Source: the human T2T-CHM13v2.0 reference genome, Homo sapiens. From it: DNA of 64,000 nucleotides. The notes under the pieces are model-generated. The model ran no database searches and had not been told where the DNA came from. It saw only the letters and a list, made by a program, of their open reading frames with translations. Made by a program: the position numbers and the translations under genes. Below are positions 51,705-64,000 of the stretch, in pieces. How positions within the stretch are numbered: position 1 is the first letter of the stretch; every line of letters starts with the position of its first letter. The stretch lies in assembly GCF_009914755.1 (NCBI RefSeq), contig NC_060927.1, one strand, 5' to 3'.

Positions 51705-53496
51705 CCTGACGTTATGTGTAATGCTGATAAATTCCACATGTTATTCTTTTCTTATATTTTCTCTATTTTATTTTCTGATTGCATTTGAATCCTAGGCAAT
51801 ATCCACCTTCCTGCAAATAGAGTGAACCAAAAGCTTTGAACTTTGCATCTGACCTTTGCTTGTTAATGGTAGCCAGTCTGATCAGATTATTTCTACTAAG
51901 GGATTCATAAGTGGTGTTTAATAGGATATTTTGCCTTTCTTACCTAACATTTGTATTTCAATAGAACCCTGAATGCATTTATTTAAGACAATATTCCTCA
52001 AGTTATTTGAAATTTAGCAGTAGTTTTCTGTTTTTCATCCAGAACAAAATTTTCTCTGGAAATTCAACACATAAAAAGTAGTCCCGGCATGGATGAAGCT
52101 GATATGGGAAGCCTGAAGCTTTTCCTCTTCATTTTCTTCCTGATTTGTGTCTCCTCATCTCTTAAGACTCACTGATGAATTCCAGCACCTTATAGAAAAG
52201 AGATGAAAACTGGTATTGTAAAGGAGTACTATTGTTGAGACTTCTGGCAATGAAGACAGGAATTAGGGAGAATAAAGACAATTTCAGGTGGCTAGATCTC
52301 ATTAGATGCATGGTTATCAAACGCAAGCATAAGATAACAAAGATAAGAAAGATAAGAAATTTTGATGGTTTAACTGAATATCCGATTGAATAAGAATAGA
52401 GGTTTATTTCATAATAAACTAGATGTCATATATATCCATCCTTTTCTCTAACGAGAGATGCTAATTTCAACAATGGCTGTTAAAGTGCCAAGAGGCAGAA
52501 TTGGGAAGGGTTCTCCGGGCAGTGGGCATGTTGCTGGAAGCAGCTGCATAGCAATGTACATGGTTGAAAACACAATTCATTGTCTCAAAGGCTGGCAATA
52601 TGATCCCTTGGAATGTGCTCACTTGCTAATCTTTTAAAGTGTATGTGTGTGTGTGTCTGTGCATTTGTGTGTCATGCTATTTTTAATCAAGATTCTAGAC
52701 AATGCCATACAGAGCCATTACTATTATGCACTCAGTATAAATTTATTCTGCTTAATTATATGAGAATAAGTTTAGCCAGATAAGCTAATATTAATTATAT
52801 CACATATTGTTGTCTAAAAATAAAGAGAATTTTAAAGAAATACAAATGAATTTATATGATCACCATTGTTATTTGTCCCGAGCAAGAAGAGAAGAAATGT
52901 GGGTAATTTCAAAACAGACTGATACTTTAAAAAAATTACTTCATATTTACTTTTAGATTGAGATACTGGTTTATTTCACGGACAACATTGCTTTCACATA
53001 GTTGAGTTACTCTCTAACTACCAACCTCACTATGATTTCTTTTTTCTTACTTTGCTAGCTTATTTATATCTCACTTTCCAGGCTTTCTCCTTCTTCTGCA
53101 ATGTTTCGTTTTGCACATTTATTTACCACTCTTTTATTGAGCAGGAACTTAAGAAACCATGAAAAGAGATGTTAGTAAGAGATGAGTTAGGGATGGACCA
53201 TGCATGCAAACATACAAACACCTGTAACATGTCTTCTAAGGTATATTAATTGGCTGAAATCAACTCTATTTTAAGCAGGATAATCAAGGAAGAGGGTAAG
53301 TGAAGAAGGGGGTTGTAGATTAATCCAATCCTTCTTATAACAAAAGAAGTCAAATTCTATAAATTGAATCATATTAAAATCATTATATAAGCATCAAATA
53401 AAAGCACAAAAATGCTTTTATAAATGCTTTTTGTTTAGGAATACAAAAGTAATGTAAGTTGATCTCTGCTATAATAGTCTGATTTTGCTATTTCTT

Positions 53497-53825
<329 letters not shown>

Positions 53826-55555
53826 TGAGTTCTTTTTTCTTAGAAAAATTAGAAAAATCCCACAAAATTCTGTACTAGCTGCTAGCTCATTGCCCTCAAA
53901 GTTGTAAGCATTTCTGGCCCTCCACCTAGTAAGCCCACCACGCTCTTAAGATTCACTGTGCCTAATCGGAGTGTGAGAGGTAGTTGGGAAAATGAATCAT
54001 CTATAAATTTTATCACTCTACCCAAATTATAGTCTGCCCATTCCTCGGTGTACACTTAGCTCCCTACAAGGCAACCATTTGTATTTGTCTACAGCCAAAG
54101 ATTTTTTAGTGAGAGCTGACTGCTCCAGATTTAGTAGACTTTGACAGAAAGGCTTAATACTGAAGTGGTCTATCCATAGCCCTCTTTTTTCTCCTTTTCC
54201 TGTTTCTGCTAATAAAACAACTTGGAGCAGCTAGAGAAAATATTTCTCTTATTTTCTGACTGCCCTTGTAACATTTCGACTGCCCTCCTACTGCATAGGA
54301 ATAAGGTTACTACTGTCCAGGACTCTGAGAAAATTAACATATAGATTTCTAGAAATCCAGGACTTGGGATAACTAAGGTATGATTTTTTTTTCTATAGTA
54401 ATTATCATAGCACAGTATTATTATTGAATATCGAGGTTCTGGAGTCCATACTCAATGTTTCTGATATCTTTTAAAAGTCTTCTGATGCGACTCTCCCTTC
54501 TAATAATATGATAAATGAAACCCCCTACTCTTTCCCTCTGTCAATTCGGGCAATTGACGGATGGCTGTAAGTACTCAGTTTTATTTACGACTGAAGAAAG
54601 AAATCCCATATTGATAGGAACAATCTGGCCTCTTTTGTTCCTATACTTTCAACAACATTATAAATATTTAAAGTTGAACTTTTATAAAATCTTCATAATG
54701 TATATCATTAGTGTTATTATTCACAAATCTTATAGCATTCTCTATTATATAATGCTCAATAAAATGGAAATATTATACTTGCATTGTTAAATGGCAACTA
54801 GACATTTCTGAAAGGTTGTAAACTCATTTAACTTGTTTGTCTTCATTTATTCAAAGTATGAACATGTGTATTACTTTTTGAAATTAAGAATAACATATTC
54901 TCTGGAACACACAAAATCCAAATCAAGTTGAAGTTGACTTTTCCTCCTTTTTGCGAATTAACAGCTGTAAAGAAGACCATCATCGAAACTAATTTGGAGT
55001 AATGCAGCTCTTTGATGCCGTAAATGCATGAAATACATCAAAGAAAGCTAATTGAATTTTTAAAGACTACTTGCAATGCTCAGATCAGGTATTTTTATAT
55101 CAAATATACAGGAAGCATTTAATTAGGATGAGACATAACAATACAAATCTCACAGATTTAAAGGGCATACCTTCTTCTACAGATGAGAGAAAATGATTTT
55201 AAACACAATTAGTTAATTAGAATGTATACAAATCCTATCAAAAGGAATACTAAAAACTTTCAAAGTTAAGATACTCCTGGAACTCAAGGAAATAGAAGCA
55301 CTAGAGAATAAATGCTTAATACAGATTATTGTAGCATGAGTATTATTCTCCAGTGTGTGCTGGCAATACTCTTTTATCTTCTTAAACTTCCCTAAGTGAC
55401 TTCCCTTTCTAGAAGTAATGCACTCTTGATATCCTATATAGCTGTCCCATTGAACATAAACAGCAAAACTAAATTAAAAACAAACAAACAAAAAACCTTG
55501 TACTAAGTCCTCTAAAATAAATACTCTGAAGCTATAAAGTGAAGAAGTGGCACTT

Positions 55556-58500
55556 TAGATTTTCTAGTGTATGTGCATAGAGGTGTTTATAGTATTCTCC
55601 GATGGTTGTTTGTATTTCTGTGGGGTCAGTGGTGATATCCCCTTTATCATTTTTTGTTGTGTGTATTTGATTCTTCTCTCTTCTCTTCTTTGTTAGTCTA
55701 GCTAGCAGTCTATCTATTTTATTAATGTTTTCAAAAAAGCAGCTCCTGTATTCATTGATATTTTGGAGAATTTTTTTCTCTCTCTCCTTCAGTTTTATCC
55801 TGAGCTTGGTTATTTCTTGTCTTCTGCTAGCTTTGAGGTTTGTTTGCTCTTGGTTCTCCAGTTCTTTTAGTTGTGATGTTAGGGTGTCAATTTGAGATCT
55901 TTCTAGCTTTTCAATGTTGGCATTTAGGGCTATAAATTTCCCTCTTAACACTGTTTTACCTGTGTCCCAGAGACTCTGGTATGTTATCTCTTTGTTCTCA
56001 TTGGTTGTAAAAACTTCTTGATTTCTGCCTTAATTTCATTATTTACCCAGGAGTCATTCAGGAGATGGTTGTTCAATTTCCAAGTAGTTGTGTGGTTTTG
56101 AGTGAGTTTTTAAATCTTGAGTTCTAATTTGATTCCTCTGTGGGCTGAGAGACTATTTGTTATGGCTTCAGTTCTTTTGCATTTGCTGAGAAGTGATTTA
56201 CTTCCAATTATGTGATCAATTTTAGAGTAAGTACCATGTGGCACCAAGAAGAATGTATATTCTGTTGTTTTGGGGTGGAGAGTTCTATAGATATCTATCA
56301 GGTCTACTTGGTCCAGAGCTGAGATCAAATCCCGAATATCTTTGTAATTTTCTGTCTTGATGATCTACCTAATATTGACAGTGGGGTGTTTCCTACTAAT
56401 ATTGTGTGGGAGTTTAAGTCTCTTTGGAGGTGTCCAAGAACTTGTTTTATGAATGTGGGTGCTCCTCTTCTTTGTCTTTTTTGATCTTTGTTGGTTTAAA
56501 GTCTGTTTTGTCAGCAACTAGGCTTGTAGCTCCTGCTTTTTTCTGTTTTCCATTTGCTTGGTAAATTTTCCTTCTTCCTTTTATTTTTGAGTCTATGTGT
56601 GTCTTTGCATGTGAGATAGGTCTCTTGTATACAGCACACTGATGGATCTTGACTCTATCCAGCTTGCCATTCTGTGTCTTTTAATTCGCACATTTAGCCC
56701 ATTTACATTTAAGGTTAACATTGTTATGTGTGAATTTGATACTGTCATCATGATGCTGCCTGGTTATTTTGTAGAGTTCTTTTTGTAGTTGCTTCATAGT
56801 GTCATTGGTCTGTGTACTTCAGTGTGTTTTTGTAGTGACTGGTAACAATTTTTCCTTTCCATATTTAGTGCTTCCTTCAGGAGTCTTACAAGGCAGGCCT
56901 GGTAGTGATGAATTTCCTCAGCATTTTCTCTGAATAAGAATTTATTTCTCCTTAGCTTATGAAGCTTAGTTTGGCCAGGTATGAAATTCTAGGTTGGAAA
57001 GTTTTTGCTTTAAGAATGTTGAATATTGGCCCCCTATCTCCTCTGGCCTGTAGGGTTTTTGCTGAGAGGTCTGCTGTTAGTCTGATGGGCTTCCCTTTAT
57101 GGGTAATCTGGCCTTTCTTTCTGGCCGCCCTCAACATTTTTTCCTTTATTTTGACCTTGGAGAATCTGATGTTTATGTGTCTTGAGGTTGATCATCTCAT
57201 GGAGTATCTTACTGAGGTTCTCTGGATGCCCAAAATTTGAATGTTGGCCTGTCTTGCGAGGTTGGATAAGTTCTCCTGGATAATATCCTGACGTGTGTTT
57301 TCCAGCTTGGTTTCATTCTCCCTGTCTCTTTCAGGTGCTCCAATCAGTCATAGGTTCAGTCTTTTTACATAATCCCATAGTTCTCGGAGGTTTTGTTTGC
57401 TACTTTTCATTATTTTATCTCTAGTCTTGTCTGCCTGCCTTATTTCAGCAAGATAGTCTTGAGGCCCTGATATCTTTTCTTCTGCTTGGTCTATTCAGTT
57501 ATTGATATTTGTGTTTGCATCATGAAGTTCTCATGTTGTGTTTTTCAACTCCATCAGGTCATTTATATTCATCTCTAAACTAGTTATCCTGGTTAACAGC
57601 TCCTGTAATGTTTTATCATGGTTCTTAGCTTCTTTGCAATGAGTTAGAAAATAATCCTTTAGCTCAGCAACATTCATTACTACCCGTCTTCCGAAGCCTA
57701 CCTCCCTCAATTCATCCATCTCAGCCTCAGCCCAGTTCTGTGCCCTTGCTGGAGATGTGTTGCAATCATTTGGAGGAGAAGAGGTACTCTGGCTTTTTGA
57801 GTTTTCAGCATTTTTTAGTTGATTCTTTCTCATCATCATCGGTTTATCTACCATTGATCTTTGAGGCTGCTCGCTTTTGGATGTGGTTTTTGTGGGGTCT
57901 TCTTCGTTGATGTTGTTGTTTTTGTTGCTTTCTGTTCGTTTTTCTCTTAACAGTCAGGCCCCTCTTCCATAGGGCTGCTGCAATTTGCTAGGGGTCCACT
58001 CCAGACCCTATTCTCCTGGGTCCTTCCTGCCCCTGGAAGTGCCACCAATGGAGGCTGCAGAACACCAGCGATGGTAGCCTGCTCCTTTCTGTGGGAGTGG
58101 GAGCTCTATCCCAAAGGGGCACTGACCTGATGCCAGCGGGAGTGCTCCTGTATGAGGTCTCTGGAGACCCCTGTTGGGAGGTCTCACCGAGTCAGGAGGT
58201 GCAGGATCAGGTACCCATTTAAATAAGCAGTCTGGCTACCCCTTTGCAGAGCAGGTGTTCTGTGCCGGGGGAATCCTCTTCATCTGGGCTGCCCTGACTC
58301 TCCAGAGACAGCAGGCCGAAAAGACTAAGACTGCTGATACATGATACCATAGCTGCCCCTCCTCCCAGGGGCTCCTCTCAGGGATAACAGAGTTCTGTCC
58401 ATAAGCCCCTGGCTGGGGATGCTGAAATTCCCGCAGGAAGTTCCTGTTCAGTGAGGCCCCCACTTAAAGAAGCATTCTGGACATGAACTGTCCCAGCTGT

Positions 58501-59207
58501 GGTGCCGTGCAGTCTCGCTGGCACCGGCAGCATGGGAAAATGGCCAGCTGGTGCCACAGTGATGGCAGCCGCTCCTCCTCTGCCGGAACTCAGTCTTCTT
58601 AGGCAGTCTCCAGCCTGCTGCTCTGGCCAGTGGGGATTCCAAGCCAGTGGGTTTTTGCTTATGGGGTTCCATGGGAGTGGGACTCGCTTAACGAGACTGC
58701 ATGGCTCCCTGGATTCAGCCCCTCTTCCAAAGGAATGGATGGCTCTCCTGCCTCACCGGAGTTCCCAGAGCCAGAGTATGCAAAAACTCCTCTGTCTCAA
58801 TACTTGCTCCAGCAGTCGCCCATCCAAGGAGCCGCCTTGAGTCTGCACAGCCCTGTGCCTGGGACCCAAAGTGCTGGTTGCGTGGGCTTATGAAGGGATC
58901 TCCTGATCTGCTTGTTGCAAGGATCCATGGGAAGAGTGAGGTTTTCAGGGATGGGTGGCACAATCCCTCATCGCCTCTCTTGGCTTGGGGAGAGAGCTTC
59001 CTCCGCCCCACGCAGCTCCTCGGTGATCCCTCCCTCTACCTTGCTTTTTCTCACTCTCCATGTGTCACAGCAACCATCTAGTCAGTCCCAGTGAGAAAAC
59101 ATGTGTTCCTGAATTGAAAATGCAGAATTCACCCACCGATTTCATTCTTCTTGGTGAGAGCTACAGGGTGCAGCTGTTTCTATTCGGCCATCTAAGCTGC
59201 TCCCTCC
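55556..59207 (-). mobile_element. Older L1P 5' half (5' UTR, ORF1, ORF2 endonuclease), 3'-truncated
   Basis: GC-rich 5' UTR 57900-59207; ORF1 remnants (LRAARKKGQITHKGKPIRLTADLS); EN remnants (DIYRTLHPKTTEYTFF..HGTYSKIDH); no RT, 3' UTR or polyA. Confidence 0.93.
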
Positions 59208-59438
59208 AGTTTTCTCTTTTAAACCAGATTTTCATACAGCATTAATAAGAGTCAAAAGATTTTTGTTCACCTTTTGATTAAATACAAACCCCCCCGCCCA
59301 CATTTCTTTGTCAGATATGTCTTTAACCATGGCCATTTTAAGTCTTGTCCACAATTAATTGCTTTATTCTCATGCTTCTTCTAAAAAATCTTTGCAAGCA
59401 ATTTTAATTATAAAATGTTATGTCTTCAGAAAAGTTAA

Positions 59439-59569
59439 TCCGTTTATGCCTAGTGTTCCTTTATTGGAACACTAAACATGTGGGAGTTATTTATATCCTA
59501 CTGCTCAAGGTCATCACCAAGGTCTGATTGCAAAAATTTAAAAACATTGCAACCTCAAGAATTAATGAG
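59439..59569. mobile_element. MER85 piggyBac (PGBD3-derived) MITE
   Basis: TTAA + TCCGTTTATGCCTAGTGTTCCTTTATTGGAAC...GCTCAAGGTCATC..GGTCTGATTGCAAAAAT..TTGCAACCTC..ATGAG + TTTTAA; ~131 bp. Confidence 0.9.
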
Positions 59570-61031
59570 TTTTAATGGAAAGGATGAAAAGGACCCTTAC
59601 ATGAACTCTTTTGAATCAGGGTTCTAATAAGTTTAGGATAATATCATTTGGATTGGGTAAGAATCCTCAGAACTCTATGAAGAGACTGACTGACTTATAA
59701 AACTGCTAATCCAAACAGGATAACAATTATTTTAAAAACTAAGAAAATACTTTGGCAGATTTTAATCCTAAGTCAACCAATACTGAAATTGCTAAGATAT
59801 GCAATTTGAATGAACTCCATGATCCAAGTCAAATTGCCTATAATAAGCCATTTACTAAGCAGTGCTATGCACCTGAATTGGAGACACAAAATTGGTATTG
59901 AAGATTATATAAATCCAATGTTAAGCATGGATTCATGGACAGCCTGTACAGCCACTTAGTCCTTCTTCAGTCCTGAAAGTTTTCATTATTAAAATCTATG
60001 CATTCCACGACTCATCATAAAACAGATAAAATGATCCAAACTATGAAAAAAATATTGGTGTGGTCACTGTTTTAAGTTGCTAAAATGGTTTATGACCAAT
60101 GTTTGGGTTGTCAAACCCTTATTCCTGAAAACATAAACAAAACTTTAGGTACATTTCTGCTACCTGCTCATCCATTTGAATATTTATAAAGGAATCTCAG
60201 TAAATTTTTATTTTCAGTGCATGTTTTCTGGTTGTATAGAAGCTTTCCCATGCAGAAAGTCTGATGTTATAACAATAGCTACAAGATTCTTAGGAAATGC
60301 TTATTTTATGGGATATTCCTGGAGAAATCTCCAGTGATTGAGGTACTTGTTTCAATATACAAGTTGTAAGACATTTAAATAAAGTATTATGGATATGATA
60401 GCACTAAGTAAGGCTAGCTGAATTGACTGGATTGCCTTGGTCAAACATACTGAAGATTGATGACAATAAGATCCACATCCAGTAGAAAAAACACAAGTTG
60501 ACGCTTTGTTAGTCACTGAAACAATAGAATGTTTTCTATCTTTCTCTGCTAAACTCTGAAAAGACTAAATCCTGCAAGGGTTTAATGCATTATGCCAAAG
60601 TGTATTTTCACAGGTAAAGGAAACTTTTCATGATCTAGTGATTGAGGACAATCAAACTCTTTACAATTTAGTTTGGTCTTCTGGAAACTACACCAGAGAA
60701 GGCTTGCCCTTGTCACCCATAATGCAGTAATAATTTGGGATCTAGAATCTTAGTTTCTAATTTCACAACTTAGAAAGGCCCCTCTAGACCCTTGGAACTG
60801 TACCCCCTGTTGGAGACCTTAAGGTAAAGCTAATTAGGGAAGCTTCTTCCCATAAGCAGATGATATCCTAGACATGGATAGTTCTCCCAAGATTATAGAT
60901 CATGACTTCTCTGCCATCATGAAACTCTTACTTTTCTATTTTTTTCCTTTTGCTTATGATTCTATGAACAATATAACAAGAGAATGGGATTTGTGTGCAC
61001 CCGTGAGGTATACTTTCATTTTTGAAGAATT

Positions 61032-61720
61032 TTGATCCAACATTATGCATGGACAGCCTTATGCCTCGATGGATGGAAAATGAAAGGCCAATGTGAACTA
61101 GGAATTTTGTTGCTCCATAATCATCGAAGAACAGAACATTGGTCCACTTCTCTTAACCTACATCATAGGTTAAAGAGAACATCACCAAGAAGACATCTCC
61201 TTTCTAGATGGGCATCATTTATCAAGTCCCTTTTTCCATGCCTTGGAATACATATAAATGAGGCAATAATTAGAAATTTCTCTCTCATAATAGACTATAT
61301 GAGAGATCCTACTGCAATGACTATGACTGCACAACAGACTTCTTTAAATTATTTTGCTAATGTTGTGTTAGATAATAGAATTGTTCTAGATTACCTACTG
61401 GCTGAACAGAGAGGAATCTATGCAGTTGCTGAAACTTCTTTTTGCATATGGATGACATATCAGGTTACAGAGACTCAGTTACAGGGGATTAACCAATAAG
61501 CAGTTTGGTTAAAACAGATAGACTCCTCATCTGACTCATTATTTGATCTATTTGATTTTGGTTGGTTTCGTTCATGGGGACCCTGGCTAGGGAAAATACT
61601 TCAAACTCTTGGTAGTATCTTCCTTATAACCATAATAGAAGTCTCCCTGGTGCCCTGTATTATCTCAAAAGTTTTAAACATTTGCAGGCAGCCATCCATA
61701 GAATGTCAAATGGTTGCATT
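61032..61720 (+). pseudogene. env: Degenerate gamma-type env TM of second ERV1
   Basis: HRLKR cleavage site; ISD-like LDNRIVLDYLLAEQRGI; decayed CX6CC (YAVAETSFC). Confidence 0.8.
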
Positions 61721-61889
61721 GACTGGAATGACAAAAACTCAAATAAATGTATGATCAAGAGGACACAATAACCTATGAATGACATGTTGAGACCAGAAAC
61801 TCAAAATGATGGTAACTGAGAGTAATGCCAAAGCCCTAAGTTTTGTTCACATTCTCACCTATATGACAAGCTCACCAGTAGGAGGAAAT

Positions 61890-62078
61890 TGATAACCAAA
61901 ATCATGGGAGGCCATTATTGTAGACTGAGCTCTTGTTCTAGGCCCAAGCAGACCACAGCAAACTGACATAGAGTCACTCTGAACCTATTCTAGGTCTGTG
62001 GGCTGTCTGATTCACAAATCATTTTTTGCTTAATTAAACTCCATTAAATTACATTCAGCTAAAGTTTTTCTTTTAACA
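61890..62078 (+). repeat. ERV1 3' LTR (MER57-like), internally deleted
   Basis: TG..GGGAGGCCATT..GACTGAGCTC..GAGTCACTC start joined to ATTAAACTC..TAAAGTTTTTCTTTTAACA end; only 189 bp. Confidence 0.7.
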
Positions 62079-63411
62079 AAGAAATGAGAAGTACAATTAC
62101 ATAATAAAAAAGTTTCAGATCATTATGAATATTTAACTACCTAATCTAAGTGAACTTTATAATGTAGTCTGAGTAGAAAAACTTTAACAAGACAATAAGC
62201 AAAAAAAAATTGAGAAATCTCTCATCAAGTAACAGATTTTATTTAATATATATACATAAGCACGAATATACAAATATATGAATATATATGATCATATATA
62301 ACAATTATTGCATGTATTACATATACAACTATATGTATATAATTTAAAATAATTTTCATTAAATTTTCAGAATTGGTATCACTGAAATATTCTTTGATCA
62401 GAGTGCAATTAGTTTATAAATGAATAATATAAACAAAAAGAGAAAAGACATTCACTCAGCTGAAACAAAAGGCCTTTAGACAATTTATGAGTCAAAGAAG
62501 AAATCATAATCAAAATTTAAAATGCATTTACAGCTGGACCATAAAAGTATTATTATACTGCAAAGTGCCTGCTTCAAGTCTTCAGTCATTGTTTTTCCAG
62601 TTGTATTTCATACAATAGTCAGTCATTTCTTTCAGGCTGCAATAATTTCAGCATATTTTCCTAATCTCTACATGTCCTTTGTTTTTGCTACCATTTTTTC
62701 AAATACACTTTCAGTGGCCATTAAAAATAATTTACACACTCCACATAGACAACAAACAGACACAAACACAGACATAGACAAAGTGCACATTAGTAAAGAA
62801 GTATTTTATATTTCACATTGTATATATTATATATTATGGATTGTATTATAAATTTTGTATTATATATAATTCTATATTATAAAGTATACAATACATATTT
62901 CACACACAATATTATATATCATATAGTCTATTTTCTATATTATATATGTATCATAAGTTATATTGTTTTTCCTAGAGAATGTCGAGACAAATAGCATTTT
63001 TAATAATAAAAACTGGGGTGTGACATTGAAGAACTCACCTCAGTTATTACAGTAGTAATCACGTGTCCGGTACTTGTCTGTAATTATGGCAATCGTCTCT
63101 CTCTCACACTCTCTGTTCCTATCATCCCTAAAATATTTGAGGTTGCTTATAAAAATAAGTGCAACATTAAAACATAAACTAAACAAAGGATTTGAGTAAA
63201 GGATGGAACATAGCTAAGCCAACGATGAACTGAATGTGCAGAAATGTTTTTATAATGCTTAACACATGGCTAGAGTTTGACCAGACAGTTGTATTTTTGC
63301 TTACCCAAAGCACAGAATCTGCAGAAGCTCAGATTTTCCCTGATTTGGAGAATAGAGAAAAATATCTAAAAATCTTATTGAAATATACTCAAAATATATT
63401 AAATTATATTC

Positions 63412-63712
63412 TTTTTTTTTTTTTTTTTTTTGAGACAGAATCTCACTCTGTCACTCAGGCTAGAGTTTCATGGGGCGATCTCGGCTCACTGCAACTCTGC
63501 CTCTCTGGTTCAAGTGATTCTTGTGCTTCAGCCTCCCGAGTAGCTGGGACCACAGAAGTGCACCACCATGCCTGGCTAATTTTTGTATTTTTAGTAGAGA
63601 TGGGGTTTCATCATGTTGGCCAGGCTGGTCTCAAATTACTGGCCTCAAGTGTACTGCCCGCCTCGGCCTCCCAAAGTGCTGGGACTACAGGGGTGAGCCA
63701 CCATGCCTGGCC
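63412..63712 (-). mobile_element. Alu (S/J)
   Basis: Full antisense dimer with polyT. Confidence 0.95.
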
Positions 63713-64000
63713 CTTTTTTCTCAATTCTTAATATGACATCACTCAATTGCTTTTTGCTTCTGGGCAGAGGATAAGCTGTAAGAGTGGCTCTCATAGATTT
63801 GCAGATATCCCTAATAGTAATATCCCAAAGCTCCTATGGCTGTGATATGGAAAGAGAGAAATGATCTACTTTCTCCTGGGTGCTCTGGAGGGCACTGGTC
63901 TACACGGTATGGAATGGTGGAGCAAAATGTTATTTATATAAATATTTTAAAAATATAACTGTAGATAAATGTTTAACTTTATTAATATTTAGAGTAAGGA

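Larger units (their letters stand above)
59208..61889 (+). mobile_element. ERV1 (MER4-group, MER57-like) internal remnant
   Basis: Degenerate IN-like block (AGAAGCTTTCCCATGCAG..GAAATCTCCAGTGA), env TM, purine tract before the LTR. Confidence 0.75.

Noticed and set aside
57900-59207. GC-rich ORF-dense block as host gene or CpG-island promoter
   Set aside because: It is the L1 5' UTR, collinear with ORF1, and CpG-depleted.
62790-62965. AT-rich quasi-repeats (also ~35815-35880, ~37060-37220)
   Set aside because: Degenerate (TA)n low-complexity DNA with no stable unit.

Overview
Primate (catarrhine-type, AluY-containing) intergenic or intronic DNA made almost entirely of transposable elements. 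No host protein-coding exon, RNA gene or CRISPR array is recognisable. The dominant feature is an 8.74-kb HERV-H provirus (458-9196, + strand). It has two 452-bp LTR7 copies, a GCCTA target-site duplication, a tRNA-His PBS, a PPT, an expanded 42-bp VNTR in the leader, deleted gag/RT, and retained but disrupted RNase H, integrase and full-length env. The rest of the window holds: MaLR/ERVL LTRs; an ancient ERVL-like internal remnant; several L1s (one twin-primed inversion, one nested in Tigger1, one 3'-truncated copy abutting a second ERV1 remnant with env TM); about ten Alu/FLAM copies; and a MER85 piggyBac MITE. I find no support for a new multi-gene biological system. The most unusual signals are local templated-insertion scars (about 10.0 kb and 17.3 kb), a diverged in-frame 63-bp duplication in the HERV-H RNase H, an anchorless env-TM ORF, and a 110-bp AT-rich palindrome. 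Subfamily names come from recalled consensus sequences and are approximate; boundaries of old repeats are approximate.
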